Below, piece by piece: positions 37,993 through 47,788 of a stretch of DNA of 64,000 nucleotides (positions are counted from its first letter, which is position 1; every line of letters begins with the position of its first letter). The stretch spans positions 70,874 to 134,873 of the forward strand of contig JAGFZV010000008.1 in assembly GCA_017889545.1 (NCBI GenBank), written 5' to 3'. The stretch comes from Bacillota bacterium (GTDB taxonomy: Bacteria; Bacillota; Negativicutes; CTSoil-072). Made by a program: the position numbers and the translations under genes. The notes beneath the pieces were generated by a model, which saw only the letters and a list, made by a program, of their open reading frames with translations, was not told where the DNA came from and searched no databases.

Positions 37993-40221
37993 ATGAGAGA
38001 ATGGAAAAATTTTAGAGGCGGAGTTTGGGAGACAACAATTCAGGTGAGTGATTTTATTCAGCAGAATTATACCCCGTACACAGGTGACGATCAATTTTTA
38101 ACCGGCATCAGCCCCAAAACGCAAACTCTCTGGGAACGCTGCACAGAATTACTGAGCAATGAACGTAAAAAAGGCGGCGTTTTGGCAGTTGATTTCAAGA
38201 CGGTATCGTCTATTACGGCTCATCAGCCGGGCTATATTGATAAAGAACTGGAAGAAATTGTAGGATTGCAGACGGATCAACCATTAAAGCGCAGTGTTAT
38301 TGTAAACGGCGGCATCCGGATGGCGGAGCAGGCTTGCCAGGCATATGGTTATGAACTTGATCCAACAATTAGCGCTATCTATCATAACCATCGAACGACG
38401 CATAATACAGCCGTATTTCATGCTTATACGGAAGAGATGAAGCAAGCCCGACGTTTGGGCATTATTACAGGTCTCCCGGACGCCTATGGGCGTGGCCGTA
38501 TTATTGGAGACTATCGCCGGGTTGCACTATATGGAACAGACCGGCTGATTGTCGGAAAGCAAAATGATTTAAAAGCCTTGGCGAATAAACCGATGAGTGA
38601 AGAAGTCGTCAAGCTGCGCGAAGAAGTAGCGGCTCAAATTTCGGCGTTGGAGGATATGACCAAAATGGCGGCATCCTATGGATGTGCGATTGATCAGCCT
38701 GCTGCCGATGCACAGCAAGCGGTACAATGGGTCTACTTCGGTTATTTGGCAGCGATAAAAGAGCAAAACGGTGCGGCGATGTCCTTGGGCAGGGTCTCGA
38801 CCTTCCTGGATATTTATTTGGAACGTGATTTAGCTGCCGGAAAAATTTCCGAAGAACAAGCACAGGCATTAATCGACCAACTGATCATTAAGTTGCGGCT
38901 GGCACGGCATTTAAGGACTCCTGAATACAACGAATTATATGCCGGCGACCCTTTGTGGGTCACGGAAGCAATTGGCGGGATGGGCTTGGACGGGCGTACC
39001 TTAGTGACTCGCACCTCATACCGTATCCTGCAAACCTTGTACAATTTAGGCCCTGCTCCGGAGCCGAACCTGACGGTGCTATGGTCTGTGAATTTGCCGG
39101 AACAATTCAAGCAATACTGTGCGCAAGTTTCCATCAAGACCAGTGCAATTCAATATGAAAATGACGATATTATGCGTCCGGTCTATGGAGATGATTACGC
39201 AATTGCCTGTTGCGTATCGGCCATGAAAGTCGGCAAACAGATGCAGTTTTTTGGCGCCCGGGCCAATCTTGCAAAAGCGTTGTTATTGGCAATCAACGGC
39301 GGGATCGATGAAAAAAGCGGCGAACAGCTTGGTCCCAAGATGCCGCTTCCACCAGATGGAGCACTGAACTATGAACAAGTACGCGCCAATTATTCTACGG
39401 TTATAGACTGGCTGGCGGGTTTGTATGTGAATACATTGAATTTAATTCATTTCATGCATGACAAATATGCGTACGAAAGAGCCCAAATGGCGCTCCACGA
39501 TACCGAAGTCGAACGGTTAATGGCGTTTGGGGCGGCCGGATTGTCTGTAGCCGCCGATTCTCTCAGCGCGATACGTCATGCAAAAGTGAAACCCGTTCGC
39601 GACGAGCGAGGAATTGCCGTCGATTTTGCCGTAGAAGGCCAATTTCCCTGTTACGGTAACAATGATGAGCGGGTAGACGCGCTGGCCGCTGAGCTAAGCG
39701 CCGAGTTTTCCGACAAACTAAAGCAACATGCAACTTACCGCCAGGCTCGTCACACGCTGTCAATATTGACAATCACCTCGAATGTGATGTATGGCAAAAA
39801 GACCGGCGCAACCCCAGACGGTCGGGCAGCCGGTGAAGCATTTGCCCCAGGCGCCAATCCCATGCATGGGCGCGATAAGAATGGCGCATTGGCAGCGATT
39901 GCCTCCATTACCAATTTATCTTATGATGATTGCCGTGATGGGATTTCCTACACTTTTTCCATTGTGCCCGGTGCATTGGGGAAATCAAATATTGCCCGCG
40001 TTGGCAATTTGACAGCGATGCTGGATGGGTATGCAATACAGGCGGGTCACCATATCAATGTGAATGTTCTTGATCGGGCTGTGCTGAAAGATGCCATGGC
40101 TCATCCGGAAAAATACCCGCAATTGACTATTCGTGTTTCCGGCTATGCAGTTCATTTTACAAAACTGACGCCAACACAACAGGCGGAAGTGCTCAACCGG
40201 ACCTTTTATCAGGCGGTGTAA
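37993..40221 (+). CDS. pflB: Formate C-acetyltransferase (pyruvate formate-lyase, glycyl radical enzyme)
   Basis: 742 aa; C-terminal glycyl-radical motif RVSGYAVHF; adjacent activating enzyme. Confidence 0.9.
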   Translation: MREWKNFRGGVWETTIQVSDFIQQNYTPYTGDDQFLTGISPKTQTLWERCTELLSNERKKGGVLAVDFKTVSSITAHQPGYIDKELEEIVGLQTDQPLKRSVIVNGGIRMAEQACQAYGYELDPTISAIYHNHRTTHNTAVFHAYTEEMKQARRLGIITGLPDAYGRGRIIGDYRRVALYGTDRLIVGKQNDLKALANKPMSEEVVKLREEVAAQISALEDMTKMAASYGCAIDQPAADAQQAVQWVYFGYLAAIKEQNGAAMSLGRVSTFLDIYLERDLAAGKISEEQAQALIDQLIIKLRLARHLRTPEYNELYAGDPLWVTEAIGGMGLDGRTLVTRTSYRILQTLYNLGPAPEPNLTVLWSVNLPEQFKQYCAQVSIKTSAIQYENDDIMRPVYGDDYAIACCVSAMKVGKQMQFFGARANLAKALLLAINGGIDEKSGEQLGPKMPLPPDGALNYEQVRANYSTVIDWLAGLYVNTLNLIHFMHDKYAYERAQMALHDTEVERLMAFGAAGLSVAADSLSAIRHAKVKPVRDERGIAVDFAVEGQFPCYGNNDERVDALAAELSAEFSDKLKQHATYRQARHTLSILTITSNVMYGKKTGATPDGRAAGEAFAPGANPMHGRDKNGALAAIASITNLSYDDCRDGISYTFSIVPGALGKSNIARVGNLTAMLDGYAIQAGHHINVNVLDRAVLKDAMAHPEKYPQLTIRVSGYAVHFTKLTPTQQAEVLNRTFYQAV

Positions 40222-40953
40222 ATGATGCGCGGATATTATCATTCCAGAGAAACGTTCGGAACCGTTGACGGAAAAGGGATTCGGTATGTGTTATTTTTGG
40301 CAGGATGTTCTTTAAGCTGTGTTTTTTGTCATAATCCAGATACCTGGCAACGTGGCGGTAAAACCATTACGGTGGAAGAGGTCATGGCTGATGTACTGAA
40401 ATACCAGCATTATTACAAAGCTTCCGGCGGCGGCATCACAGTAAGCGGCGGCGAACCGCTGCTGCAGCCGGAGTTTGTTGCCGCTCTTTTTCAGGAATGC
40501 CGGAAACAAGGGATCCACACCACGCTTGATACGGCCGGGTTTTGCCCGCAAGACAATCTTGAGCAGGTATTGCCGTACACGGATGAGGTATTGTTTTGTC
40601 TAAAAGTGATGGATGAAAAAAAGCATCGCCTGCTGACTGGCGCTGATAACCGTTGCATTCAGTCGAACCTGCGATTGGCAGCGGCGCAGGTTCCGACTGT
40701 CATACGCTATGTCGTGATTCCTGAGATCAATGACGAATCAGCGGATATTCAACAATTGGCCGCTTTTATCGTATCGCTTCCGCAGACGGTATCCGTCGAA
40801 TTACTCGGATATCACATTATGGGAAAGAGAAAATGGGAGGATCTCGGAATTCCGTATCGGCTTTCGTCTGTTCCTCCCGCAAATCAAAAGCATTTGGAAG
40901 CGGTATATCATTGGCTTGCAAAGAAAGAAATCGACGTTCAACCAATGCAATAG
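40222..40953 (+). CDS. pflA: Pyruvate formate-lyase activating enzyme (radical SAM)
   Basis: 243 aa; radical-SAM cluster motif CSLSCVFCHNPD; follows pflB. Confidence 0.9.
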   Translation: MMRGYYHSRETFGTVDGKGIRYVLFLAGCSLSCVFCHNPDTWQRGGKTITVEEVMADVLKYQHYYKASGGGITVSGGEPLLQPEFVAALFQECRKQGIHTTLDTAGFCPQDNLEQVLPYTDEVLFCLKVMDEKKHRLLTGADNRCIQSNLRLAAAQVPTVIRYVVIPEINDESADIQQLAAFIVSLPQTVSVELLGYHIMGKRKWEDLGIPYRLSSVPPANQKHLEAVYHWLAKKEIDVQPMQ

Positions 40954-41072
40954 AGAGTAACAAGAAATGGTCTTGCCGGCAAAATTGGGCGATTTCAAAG
41001 CAAAAACTACACGCCAGAGACGATATCTGTTATAATAGCTATACGTGAATTTTTCTTGAAGGTGGCGTGGAT

Positions 41073-42182
41073 ATGAGTACAAGTCTCGAAGTAGGGATTG
41101 TCGGTCTTCCGAATGTCGGTAAAAGCACACTATTTAATGCAATAACCAAGGCTGGAGCAGAAGCGGCCAATTATCCTTTTTGTACAATTGAACCCAATGT
41201 AGGCGTAGTGGAAGTTCCCGATGAACGCCTGGCTCGTTTGGCTGAAATATACAAGTCTAAAAAAATTATCCCAGCAACAATGCGGTTTGTGGATATTGCC
41301 GGGTTGGTAAAAGGCGCTTCCTGTGGAGAAGGCTTGGGCAATAAATTTTTATCCCATATTCGCGAAGTCGATGCTGTAGCACAGGTCGTTCGTTGCTTTT
41401 CAGACGAAAACGTAACTCATGTAGAAGGATCACTTGATCCGTTACGGGACATTGAGATTATCAATACGGAGCTATGCTTGGCAGATCTGGATACGTTGCA
41501 GAAACGGTTCGACCGCTTAAAAAAGATGCTGAAAGGCGGCGACAAGAAGGCGATCGAAGCGGAACTCGATCTTTTGGAAAGAATTAAAGTTTTGCTCGAA
41601 CAGGCGTTGCCGGCACGGCGTGTCGAGATGACGCCGGAAGAAGCGGTATTGATCCGCGACCTTAATCTGCTAACCCTCAAGCCGGCGTTATTTATTGCTA
41701 ATGTCAGCGAAGAAGAAGCGGCAGATTCTTCAGCAAATCCCCATGTTCAGGCAATCCGGGAGTATGCCGCCCAAGAGGGAGCGGAAGTGATTGTGGTCTC
41801 GGCAAAAGTAGAATCAGAGATTGCAGAGCTGACAGAAGAAGAAGCAAAAGAATTTTTACAGGAAATGGGCCTGGAAGAGTCCGGCTTGGATAAATTAATC
41901 AGGTCGAGTTTTAAACTATTAGGGTTGATGACTTTTTTGACAGCCGGGGAACAGGAAGTACGTGCATGGACAATTCGCCGGGAAACGAAGGCGCCGCAAG
42001 CAGCCGGCAAAATTCACAGCGATATTGAGCGTGGTTTTATCAGGGCTGAAATTGTTTCTTTCGCCGACTTGACTGCGTGCGGGAGCTTGAATGCAGCACG
42101 CGAAAAAGGCTTAGTCCGTCTGGAAGGCAAAGAATACATCATGCAGGATGGCGATGTGACTAATTTCCGCTTTAATGTCTAA
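41073..42182 (+). CDS. ychF: Redox-regulated ATPase YchF (Obg-family GTPase)
   Basis: [22 protein letters not shown]; C-terminal TGS domain; ATG 41073 with SD AAGGTGG. Confidence 0.9.
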   Translation: MSTSLEVGIVGLPNVGKSTLFNAITKAGAEAANYPFCTIEPNVGVVEVPDERLARLAEIYKSKKIIPATMRFVDIAGLVKGASCGEGLGNKFLSHIREVDAVAQVVRCFSDENVTHVEGSLDPLRDIEIINTELCLADLDTLQKRFDRLKKMLKGGDKKAIEAELDLLERIKVLLEQALPARRVEMTPEEAVLIRDLNLLTLKPALFIANVSEEEAADSSANPHVQAIREYAAQEGAEVIVVSAKVESEIAELTEEEAKEFLQEMGLEESGLDKLIRSSFKLLGLMTFLTAGEQEVRAWTIRRETKAPQAAGKIHSDIERGFIRAEIVSFADLTACGSLNAAREKGLVRLEGKEYIMQDGDVTNFRFNV

Positions 42183-42224
42183 CTCGAAAAAGTTACAATA
42201 GATCAATAATTTGGTGAAAAACAA

Positions 42225-42254
42225 TTGACAAGTGTATACTTGCGAGACTATAAT
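42225..42254 (+). promoter_or_regulatory. Sigma-A promoter of the aroF-pheA leader
   Basis: TTGACA (42225-42230), 18-nt spacer, TATAAT (42249-42254). Confidence 0.6.
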
Positions 42255-42289
42255 TACATCATCATCAGGTAAGGTTAGGTGTTCACGAT

Positions 42290-42448
42290 ATGAATAACAT
42301 CAAACAAGTTTGCCAACTGAATACAGTTTCTGTGTTTAACTTTTTTAGCCAAGGCTGGTTTTTTAGCGTTGGTTATTTTGCGTTTACATGGAAAACTGAA
42401 TATGGCGCAAATTTTTTGAAGTTCCTCCGTGTGGATCCTTTAACATGA
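42290..42448 (+). CDS. Putative aromatic-rich leader peptide (52 aa) of the aroF-pheA operon
   Basis: ATG 42290 preceded by SD AGGTG; MNNIKQVCQLNTVSVFNFFSQGWFFSVGYFAFTWKTEYGANFLKFLRVDPLT: 9 Phe, 2 Trp, 2 Tyr; stop TGA 42446-42448; terminator follows. Confidence 0.45.
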   Translation: MNNIKQVCQLNTVSVFNFFSQGWFFSVGYFAFTWKTEYGANFLKFLRVDPLT

Positions 42449-42477
42449 TCATTACGTAATATGAATGACATACAAGG

Positions 42478-42516
42478 CGAGGTTCTTTGGAAAAAGAACT
42501 TCGTCTTTTCTTTTGG
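42478..42516 (+). terminator. Attenuator-type intrinsic terminator in the aroF leader
   Basis: cgaggttcttt / ggaa / aaagaacttcg stem followed by TCTTTTCTTTTGG; 30 nt downstream of the leader ORF stop. Confidence 0.6.
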
Positions 42517-42608
42517 TCTTATAGAAAGTATAAATACTTTCTATGACATAAGCGCAACCAGCGGCGTATGCCGTCGCTAAAAGCTCGGCACAAGCCGGGT
42601 TTTCTAAT
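42517..42608 (+). repeat. Intergenic repeat copy B (modules M1+M3) immediately upstream of aroF
   Basis: Palindrome atagaaagtataaatactttctat (42521-42544) + acataagcgcaaccagcggcgtatgccgtcgctaaaagctcggcacaagccgggttttctaat (42546-42608), near-identical to 45687-45751. Confidence 0.7.
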
Positions 42609-42637
42609 ATCGAAAAAAATTTTAAAGGAGGATTATT

Positions 42638-43639
42638 ATGTTAGTCGTTATGAAACCCGGCGCGCCGCAAAGCGAGGTAGACAAAATGTATACGAGGTTG
42701 ATGCAAACGGGAACGGAAGTTTCGGTCATTGAAGGAACGCAGCAGAGTGTGTTCGCGTTGGTAGGAGATACGAGCAAAATAGAGGTCGGCACTTACGCTG
42801 CAAACCAGCATGTCGAAAAAATTATGCGTGTACAGCAACCGTATAAGATGGCCAGCCGGATTTTTCAGCCCCAAGATACGGTTGTTGAAATCGGCAGCTG
42901 CAAAGTTGGCGGTGGTCACAAGGCTGTGATTGCCGGGCCCTGCTCTGTTGAAAGCATTGAGCAAATGGTTCAGACCGCGATCCTGGTGAAGCAATACGGA
43001 GCAACGATGCTGCGTGGAGGCGCATACAAGCCCCGGTCATCTCCCTATAGTTTTCAGGGAACAGGAGAAGAAGGGTTGCAAATGTTGGTGAAGGCCAGAG
43101 AAGCCACCGGCCTGCCGTTTGTTACGGAAGTGATGAGCGTGGAAACGTTTGACCTAATTGAAGATTGTGCTGACCTCATACAAATTGGAACCAGAAATAT
43201 GCAAAATTTCCCACTATTAAAGCGAGCGGGCAAAAGCTCAAAGCCGATCCTTTTAAAACGCGGGATGAGTGCAACGTTGGAAGAATTTTTGATGGCGGCG
43301 GAATATATTATCGCCGGCGGAAATCGGCAAGTTATTTTGTGCGAACGCGGTATCCGGACGTTTGATAATTATACGCGCAACACGTTGGATCTTAGTGTTA
43401 TCCCGGCGATCAAAGAAGTGAGCCATCTGCCGATTATTGTTGATCCAAGCCATGCATGCGGCAAATGGTCAATGGTTGAACCGCTTGCCAAAGCGGCTAT
43501 GGCGGTTGGAGCCGATGGACTGATTATTGAAGTTCACCATCAGCCGGAAAAAGCGCTTTGTGACGGAGCGCAATCTCTCAAGCCAGAGAAATTCGGAAAA
43601 TTGATGACTTCCGTACAGCGAATTATGGAAGCGGTATAA
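42638..43639 (+). CDS. aroF: 3-deoxy-7-phosphoheptulonate (DAHP) synthase, type I-beta with N-terminal regulatory domain
   Basis: 333 aa; N-terminal ferredoxin-like regulatory domain, then KDO8P/DAHP synthase TIM barrel (...[11 protein letters not shown]..., ...IVDPSHA...). Confidence 0.85.
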   Translation: MLVVMKPGAPQSEVDKMYTRLMQTGTEVSVIEGTQQSVFALVGDTSKIEVGTYAANQHVEKIMRVQQPYKMASRIFQPQDTVVEIGSCKVGGGHKAVIAGPCSVESIEQMVQTAILVKQYGATMLRGGAYKPRSSPYSFQGTGEEGLQMLVKAREATGLPFVTEVMSVETFDLIEDCADLIQIGTRNMQNFPLLKRAGKSSKPILLKRGMSATLEEFLMAAEYIIAGGNRQVILCERGIRTFDNYTRNTLDLSVIPAIKEVSHLPIIVDPSHACGKWSMVEPLAKAAMAVGADGLIIEVHHQPEKALCDGAQSLKPEKFGKLMTSVQRIMEAV

Positions 43640-43677
43640 GTTAAAAGAAACGCACAGGCATGAGATTGGGGATATTT

Positions 43678-44559
43678 ATGAAAATAGGATATTTAGGACC
43701 TGTTGGAACTTACAGTTATGAAGCTGCTTGCTTATATGCCGAGAGCCTGGATGGAAAATTTGATTGCGTTGCATTGCCGAACTTTCTTGCCATTATCGAC
43801 GGCGTCGAAAAAAAAACGATTGATAGAGGGATTATTCCAGTGGAGAACTCGACGCATGGAGCGGTTGCAACTGCAATGGATACATTGCTTCATGTTCGCA
43901 AAAGTAAAGTTTGCGGTGAAATAACATTAAAAATTGAACATTGTTTGTTGGGGCGTGCGAAAAAGATGGAAGAGATCCGATGTGTTTATTCGCACGAACA
44001 AGCATTGGAGCAATGCAGTCAATTTTTTTACAAAACGAATCCTCACATGGAAATCATTTATTGTGCCAGTACTTCGCAAGCCTGTGCACTGGCATTGAAA
44101 AATGGCAGTGCATATGGCGCAGTAGCCAGTAAATCAGCAGCCCAGCGTTACAATCTTACTATATTAGCGCAAAAAATCCAGGACAATCCCTTCAATCAGA
44201 CTCGCTTTTTAATCATCGGCGATGCATCTCCGGGAATTACGGGTTTCGATAAAACGTCGATTATTTTGGCTTTCTCCGATGACCGTCCCGGAAGCCTATA
44301 CGGTGTTCTCCGCTCTTTTGCTAGCAGAGGGATTAATCTGACACGGATCGAATCCCGGCCGGCAAAACATAATGTTGGCCAGTACATCTTTTATATCGAC
44401 TTTCAGGGACATCAGCACGAAGATAAGGGACATGACGTACTAATTGAGTTGGAAACACAAGTCAGCTGTCTGAAGGTGCTAGGGTCCTATCCAATGGACA
44501 ATTGGCAAAAGCAAAAAACAGGAAGTGCGAATGATCGCTTGGAGAAATCCTCATTTTGA
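43678..44559 (+). CDS. pheA: Prephenate dehydratase (PDT + ACT domains)
   Basis: PDT domain with TRF and ESRP motifs, C-terminal ACT; ATG 43678 (track start 43660 is extension). Confidence 0.85.
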   Translation: MKIGYLGPVGTYSYEAACLYAESLDGKFDCVALPNFLAIIDGVEKKTIDRGIIPVENSTHGAVATAMDTLLHVRKSKVCGEITLKIEHCLLGRAKKMEEIRCVYSHEQALEQCSQFFYKTNPHMEIIYCASTSQACALALKNGSAYGAVASKSAAQRYNLTILAQKIQDNPFNQTRFLIIGDASPGITGFDKTSIILAFSDDRPGSLYGVLRSFASRGINLTRIESRPAKHNVGQYIFYIDFQGHQHEDKGHDVLIELETQVSCLKVLGSYPMDNWQKQKTGSANDRLEKSSF

Positions 44560-44598
44560 GATATAATTGGGTTATTCTGTAGTCGAATGAGGAAAACA

Positions 44599-45483
44599 AT
44601 GATAAAAGACAACAAGAGCCTGGTATATTTTGTGATGATTTTTGTGACGTTTATCTGGGGTGTGAATATGCCGATTATGAAAATCGGATTGCTTTATCTT
44701 CCGCCCATGCCGTATAATGCTGCCAGAATGCTGTGCGCTTTGGTTGCAACACTACTGTTTACAGTCATTACGAAAAGTTATCGGCCGCTTGACCGGAAGG
44801 ATATCAAAACAATTTTATTGGTCAGTATTGGCGGTTTTTTTGTCTTTCAGTTATTTCTTACCGCCGGCGTCCAAAAAACGACTGCTGGGAATGGTTCATT
44901 AATCATGGCCTTGCTGCCTGTTAGTGTGGCGATAATCAATAAGATTTGCAAAATTGAAGAGATTTCGCGGTTTGCAATGGCTGGAATTATTTGTTCTTTA
45001 CTGGGTATTGTTTTAATTGTGGCGGGATCCAGCAAAGAAATCAGCTTTGCTGATGAACATATCTATGGCGCGCTTCTCCTTTTGGGGGCACAGGCAAGTT
45101 ACGGATATTATACGGTTTTTTCAAAGGATTTGTTACAGAAATATTCTACTTATCAGATCACAATGTACATTGTTTTGATTTCGACGGCATTGTTTTGTCT
45201 GACGGCCTGGCCCAGCATTGCTGCAACAAGTTGGCGAGAAGTCCCATTGGCAGCTTGGGGCAGCATTCTTTATTCCGGTGTGTTTGCTCTATGCATCTGT
45301 AATTTTTTGTGGATTTGGAGCGTGGGGAAGGCAGGAAGCATAAAAGCTTCCATCTATAATAATCTTTCGCCGATATTTGCGATTATTGGCGGTTATTTGT
45401 TATTAGGCGAAACGTTTAGCTTACTCCAGTTTTTTGGCGCAGCAATTATTTTCTTAGGAATATATCTAGCCCGAAAAAAGTAA
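44599..45483 (+). CDS. EamA/DMT family transporter
   Basis: About 10 TM helices, two EamA-like repeats. Confidence 0.8.
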   Translation: MIKDNKSLVYFVMIFVTFIWGVNMPIMKIGLLYLPPMPYNAARMLCALVATLLFTVITKSYRPLDRKDIKTILLVSIGGFFVFQLFLTAGVQKTTAGNGSLIMALLPVSVAIINKICKIEEISRFAMAGIICSLLGIVLIVAGSSKEISFADEHIYGALLLLGAQASYGYYTVFSKDLLQKYSTYQITMYIVLISTALFCLTAWPSIAATSWREVPLAAWGSILYSGVFALCICNFLWIWSVGKAGSIKASIYNNLSPIFAIIGGYLLLGETFSLLQFFGAAIIFLGIYLARKK

Positions 45484-45490
45484 AACAAAA

Positions 45491-45540
45491 GCAAAACCGC
45501 GAGAGCATATCAATAGGATGCTCTCGCGGTTTTGCTTTTG
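45491..45540. terminator. Bidirectional intrinsic terminator after eamA
   Basis: aaaaccgcgagagcat / loop / atgctctcgcggtttt followed by GCTTTTG. Confidence 0.8.
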
Positions 45541-45544
45541 TTTA

Positions 45545-45751
45545 GTACACCAGAAAGTATAAATTTTCCTCTACGCACAGACTGTAAGATCCCTTACGAA
45601 GGGATCAACAGTCTGTAACTCGAAATAAGTGCGACTAAACTTCAGATGGCGGTAACCATCTGAAGCAAGCCTTCTATATCTGGTGTACATAAGTGCAACC
45701 AGCGGCTTCCGCCATCGCTATAAAAGCTCGGCGCAAGCCGGGTTTTCTAAT
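45545..45751 (+). repeat. Composite intergenic repeat copy C (10-bp inverted ends, M1, 40-nt palindrome, M2 hairpin, M3 with terminator-like hairpin)
   Basis: GTACACCAGA (45545-45554) and TCTGGTGTAC (45679-45688); palindrome acagactgtaagatcccttacgaagggatcaacagtctgt (45577-45616); M2 hairpin cttcagatgg/cggtaa/ccatctgaag (45640-45665); M3 45687-45751. Confidence 0.7.
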
Positions 45752-45768
45752 GAGAAGTATTTTGCGAA

Positions 45769-46701
45769 TCAACGCTCTTCGCGGTCATATGGAAGACCAA
45801 GCGCTCCGGGTGCCGTTAAGCGTCCGTGCTGACGAATCATAACAAATACTAAAACCAGGATAGTAAATAAATAGGGCAGCATGTTTAAGAAAAAAGGAGA
45901 AACAGTTACGCCGGAAACCTGGAGGTGAAAGCCAAGCGCATCAATTCCGCCGAACAAATAAGAGCCGACTAATGCCCGCCAAGGGTTCCAAAGCGCAAAA
46001 ATCACTAGTGCCACAGCAATCCAGCCTCGGCCTGCGGTCATGTTCTCCAACCAGCTTGGCGCATATGCCAGCGATAAATAAGCGCCGCCGACGCCGCACA
46101 GCATTCCGCCAAGGACAATGTACAAATACCGCAAGGCAAAAACGTTACTGCCAAGAGAATCTGCGGCTGCGGGATTCTCGCCCAATGCCCGCAAAAATAA
46201 CCCGGGCCGTGTACGGTATAAAAACAACCAGAGAAAAACAACCAGGCCATAACTTGCATAGACTAAAATATCATGCCGGAACAATACAGGCCCTAGAACT
46301 GGAATATCCGTTAGAAAACCAAGCGGCTGGATAGTGAATGGACTGGGAACGGGGATCCCAATATACGATTTTCCCAGATAGCCGCTCAAACCAGTCCCAA
46401 ACAAGGTAAGCGCCAAACCGCTGACCACTTGATTTGCCCGCAGGGTAACTGTTAATACTGCATGAATTAATGCAATTGCTCCTCCGGCAAACATTGCGGC
46501 GGCTAAGCCGAACCAACTATTGCCGGTCACTACCGCAATAATGAAACCGCTTACAGCTCCAATCAGCATGATTCCCTCTACCCCGAGGTTTAGAATTCCG
46601 GCTCGTTCTGTTAATAGTTCACCGAGCGCTGCGTACAAAATTGGTGTGCCGGCAGTGATAGCGGCAGCTAAAATAGAAATAACCAGAGTGGAGTCACTCA
46701 C
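45769..46701 (-). CDS. ABC transporter permease (BMP/nucleoside-type system)
   Basis: 310 aa multi-TM permease; last gene of a four-gene minus-strand operon. Confidence 0.85.
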   Translation of the reverse strand: MSDSTLVISILAAAITAGTPILYAALGELLTERAGILNLGVEGIMLIGAVSGFIIAVVTGNSWFGLAAAMFAGGAIALIHAVLTVTLRANQVVSGLALTLFGTGLSGYLGKSYIGIPVPSPFTIQPLGFLTDIPVLGPVLFRHDILVYASYGLVVFLWLFLYRTRPGLFLRALGENPAAADSLGSNVFALRYLYIVLGGMLCGVGGAYLSLAYAPSWLENMTAGRGWIAVALVIFALWNPWRALVGSYLFGGIDALGFHLQVSGVTVSPFFLNMLPYLFTILVLVFVMIRQHGRLTAPGALGLPYDREER

Positions 46702-47788
46702 GATCAGAACGACCTCCTTTACAACCCGTGTAAGAAATCCGATAGCGGGTTAAAATTTCTGCTCCGATTACAAAAAACAAGATAGATCCTTGAATCATGG
46801 AAGCGACTGCAGCCGGCACACCAAGGGTCTGGACCATATAGCCCCCAACCTGTAATGCACCAAAAAGGAAAGACATAATAACGATTGCGAGAGGATTGAG
46901 TTGTCCCAACCAAGCAATGATAATTCCGGTATAACCGTAGCCAGGGCTTAATCCGGGTTGAAGGCGGCCGATAATACCACTGACTTCCGTCATGCCGGCC
47001 AGTCCGCAAATGGCGCCGCTGAGAAGCATTGCCAAGCAAATGTTGCGAGTGATATTCATCCCCGCATAGCGGGCGGCCTTGGGACTCGAGCCAATGACTT
47101 TCAATTCGTATCCCCAGCGGGAATTATTGAACAGCACATAAAGGAAGGCAACAATTGCCAGTGCCAATAGTAAACCAATATGAATGCGAGATGTGCCCCA
47201 AAAAGGCAAGATTGCTGCATCGGGAAATTGGGCGGTTAAGGGAAAATTAAGACCTTTCGGATCGCGCCAGGGACCGTAAACGAGGTAGCTAACCCAGAGA
47301 ATACCAATATAATTCAGCATCAAAGTTGTTATGATCTCATTCACTTGCCAGCGAGCACGCAGAATGCCAGGGACAAAAGCCCACAGGGCGCCGCCAGCCA
47401 TGCCGAGACAGACCATTAGCGGCAGCATGACCCAAGCTGGTAAAGCAGGGAACGTAAGCGGCAGCCAAGTAGCGGCAAGTGCTCCCACGTATAATTGGCC
47501 TTCGGCGCCAATATTCCAAAGCTGCATGCGAAAAGCGACAGAAATACCGAGTCCGCATAACATCAGGGGAATCGCTTTAACAATCGTTTCGGATAAGCCA
47601 TAAGTGGATCCCAGCGCTCCGCTGATCATCGCAACGTAAATTTCGACAGGATCCCGTCCGGTTATGAGTAAAAAAACGCCGCAAAAAAGCAGAGATAATA
47701 AAAGAGCGATGCAAGGAACCGCCAACAGCATGAACTTGGATGGAGTTAGTCTTTTTTCCCAGCTAAATGGCATTTGGTTCACCTCCAT
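46694..47788 (-). CDS. ABC transporter permease (BMP/nucleoside-type system)
   Basis: 364 aa multi-TM permease; overlaps neighbours. Confidence 0.85.
   Translation of the reverse strand: MEVNQMPFSWEKRLTPSKFMLLAVPCIALLLSLLFCGVFLLITGRDPVEIYVAMISGALGSTYGLSETIVKAIPLMLCGLGISVAFRMQLWNIGAEGQLYVGALAATWLPLTFPALPAWVMLPLMVCLGMAGGALWAFVPGILRARWQVNEIITTLMLNYIGILWVSYLVYGPWRDPKGLNFPLTAQFPDAAILPFWGTSRIHIGLLLALAIVAFLYVLFNNSRWGYELKVIGSSPKAARYAGMNITRNICLAMLLSGAICGLAGMTEVSGIIGRLQPGLSPGYGYTGIIIAWLGQLNPLAIVIMSFLFGALQVGGYMVQTLGVPAAVASMIQGSILFFVIGAEILTRYRISYTGCKGGRSDRE

Noticed and set aside
42262-42637. T-box leader upstream of aroF
   Set aside because: No T-box consensus or specifier-loop architecture found; the leader-peptide attenuator model fits better.
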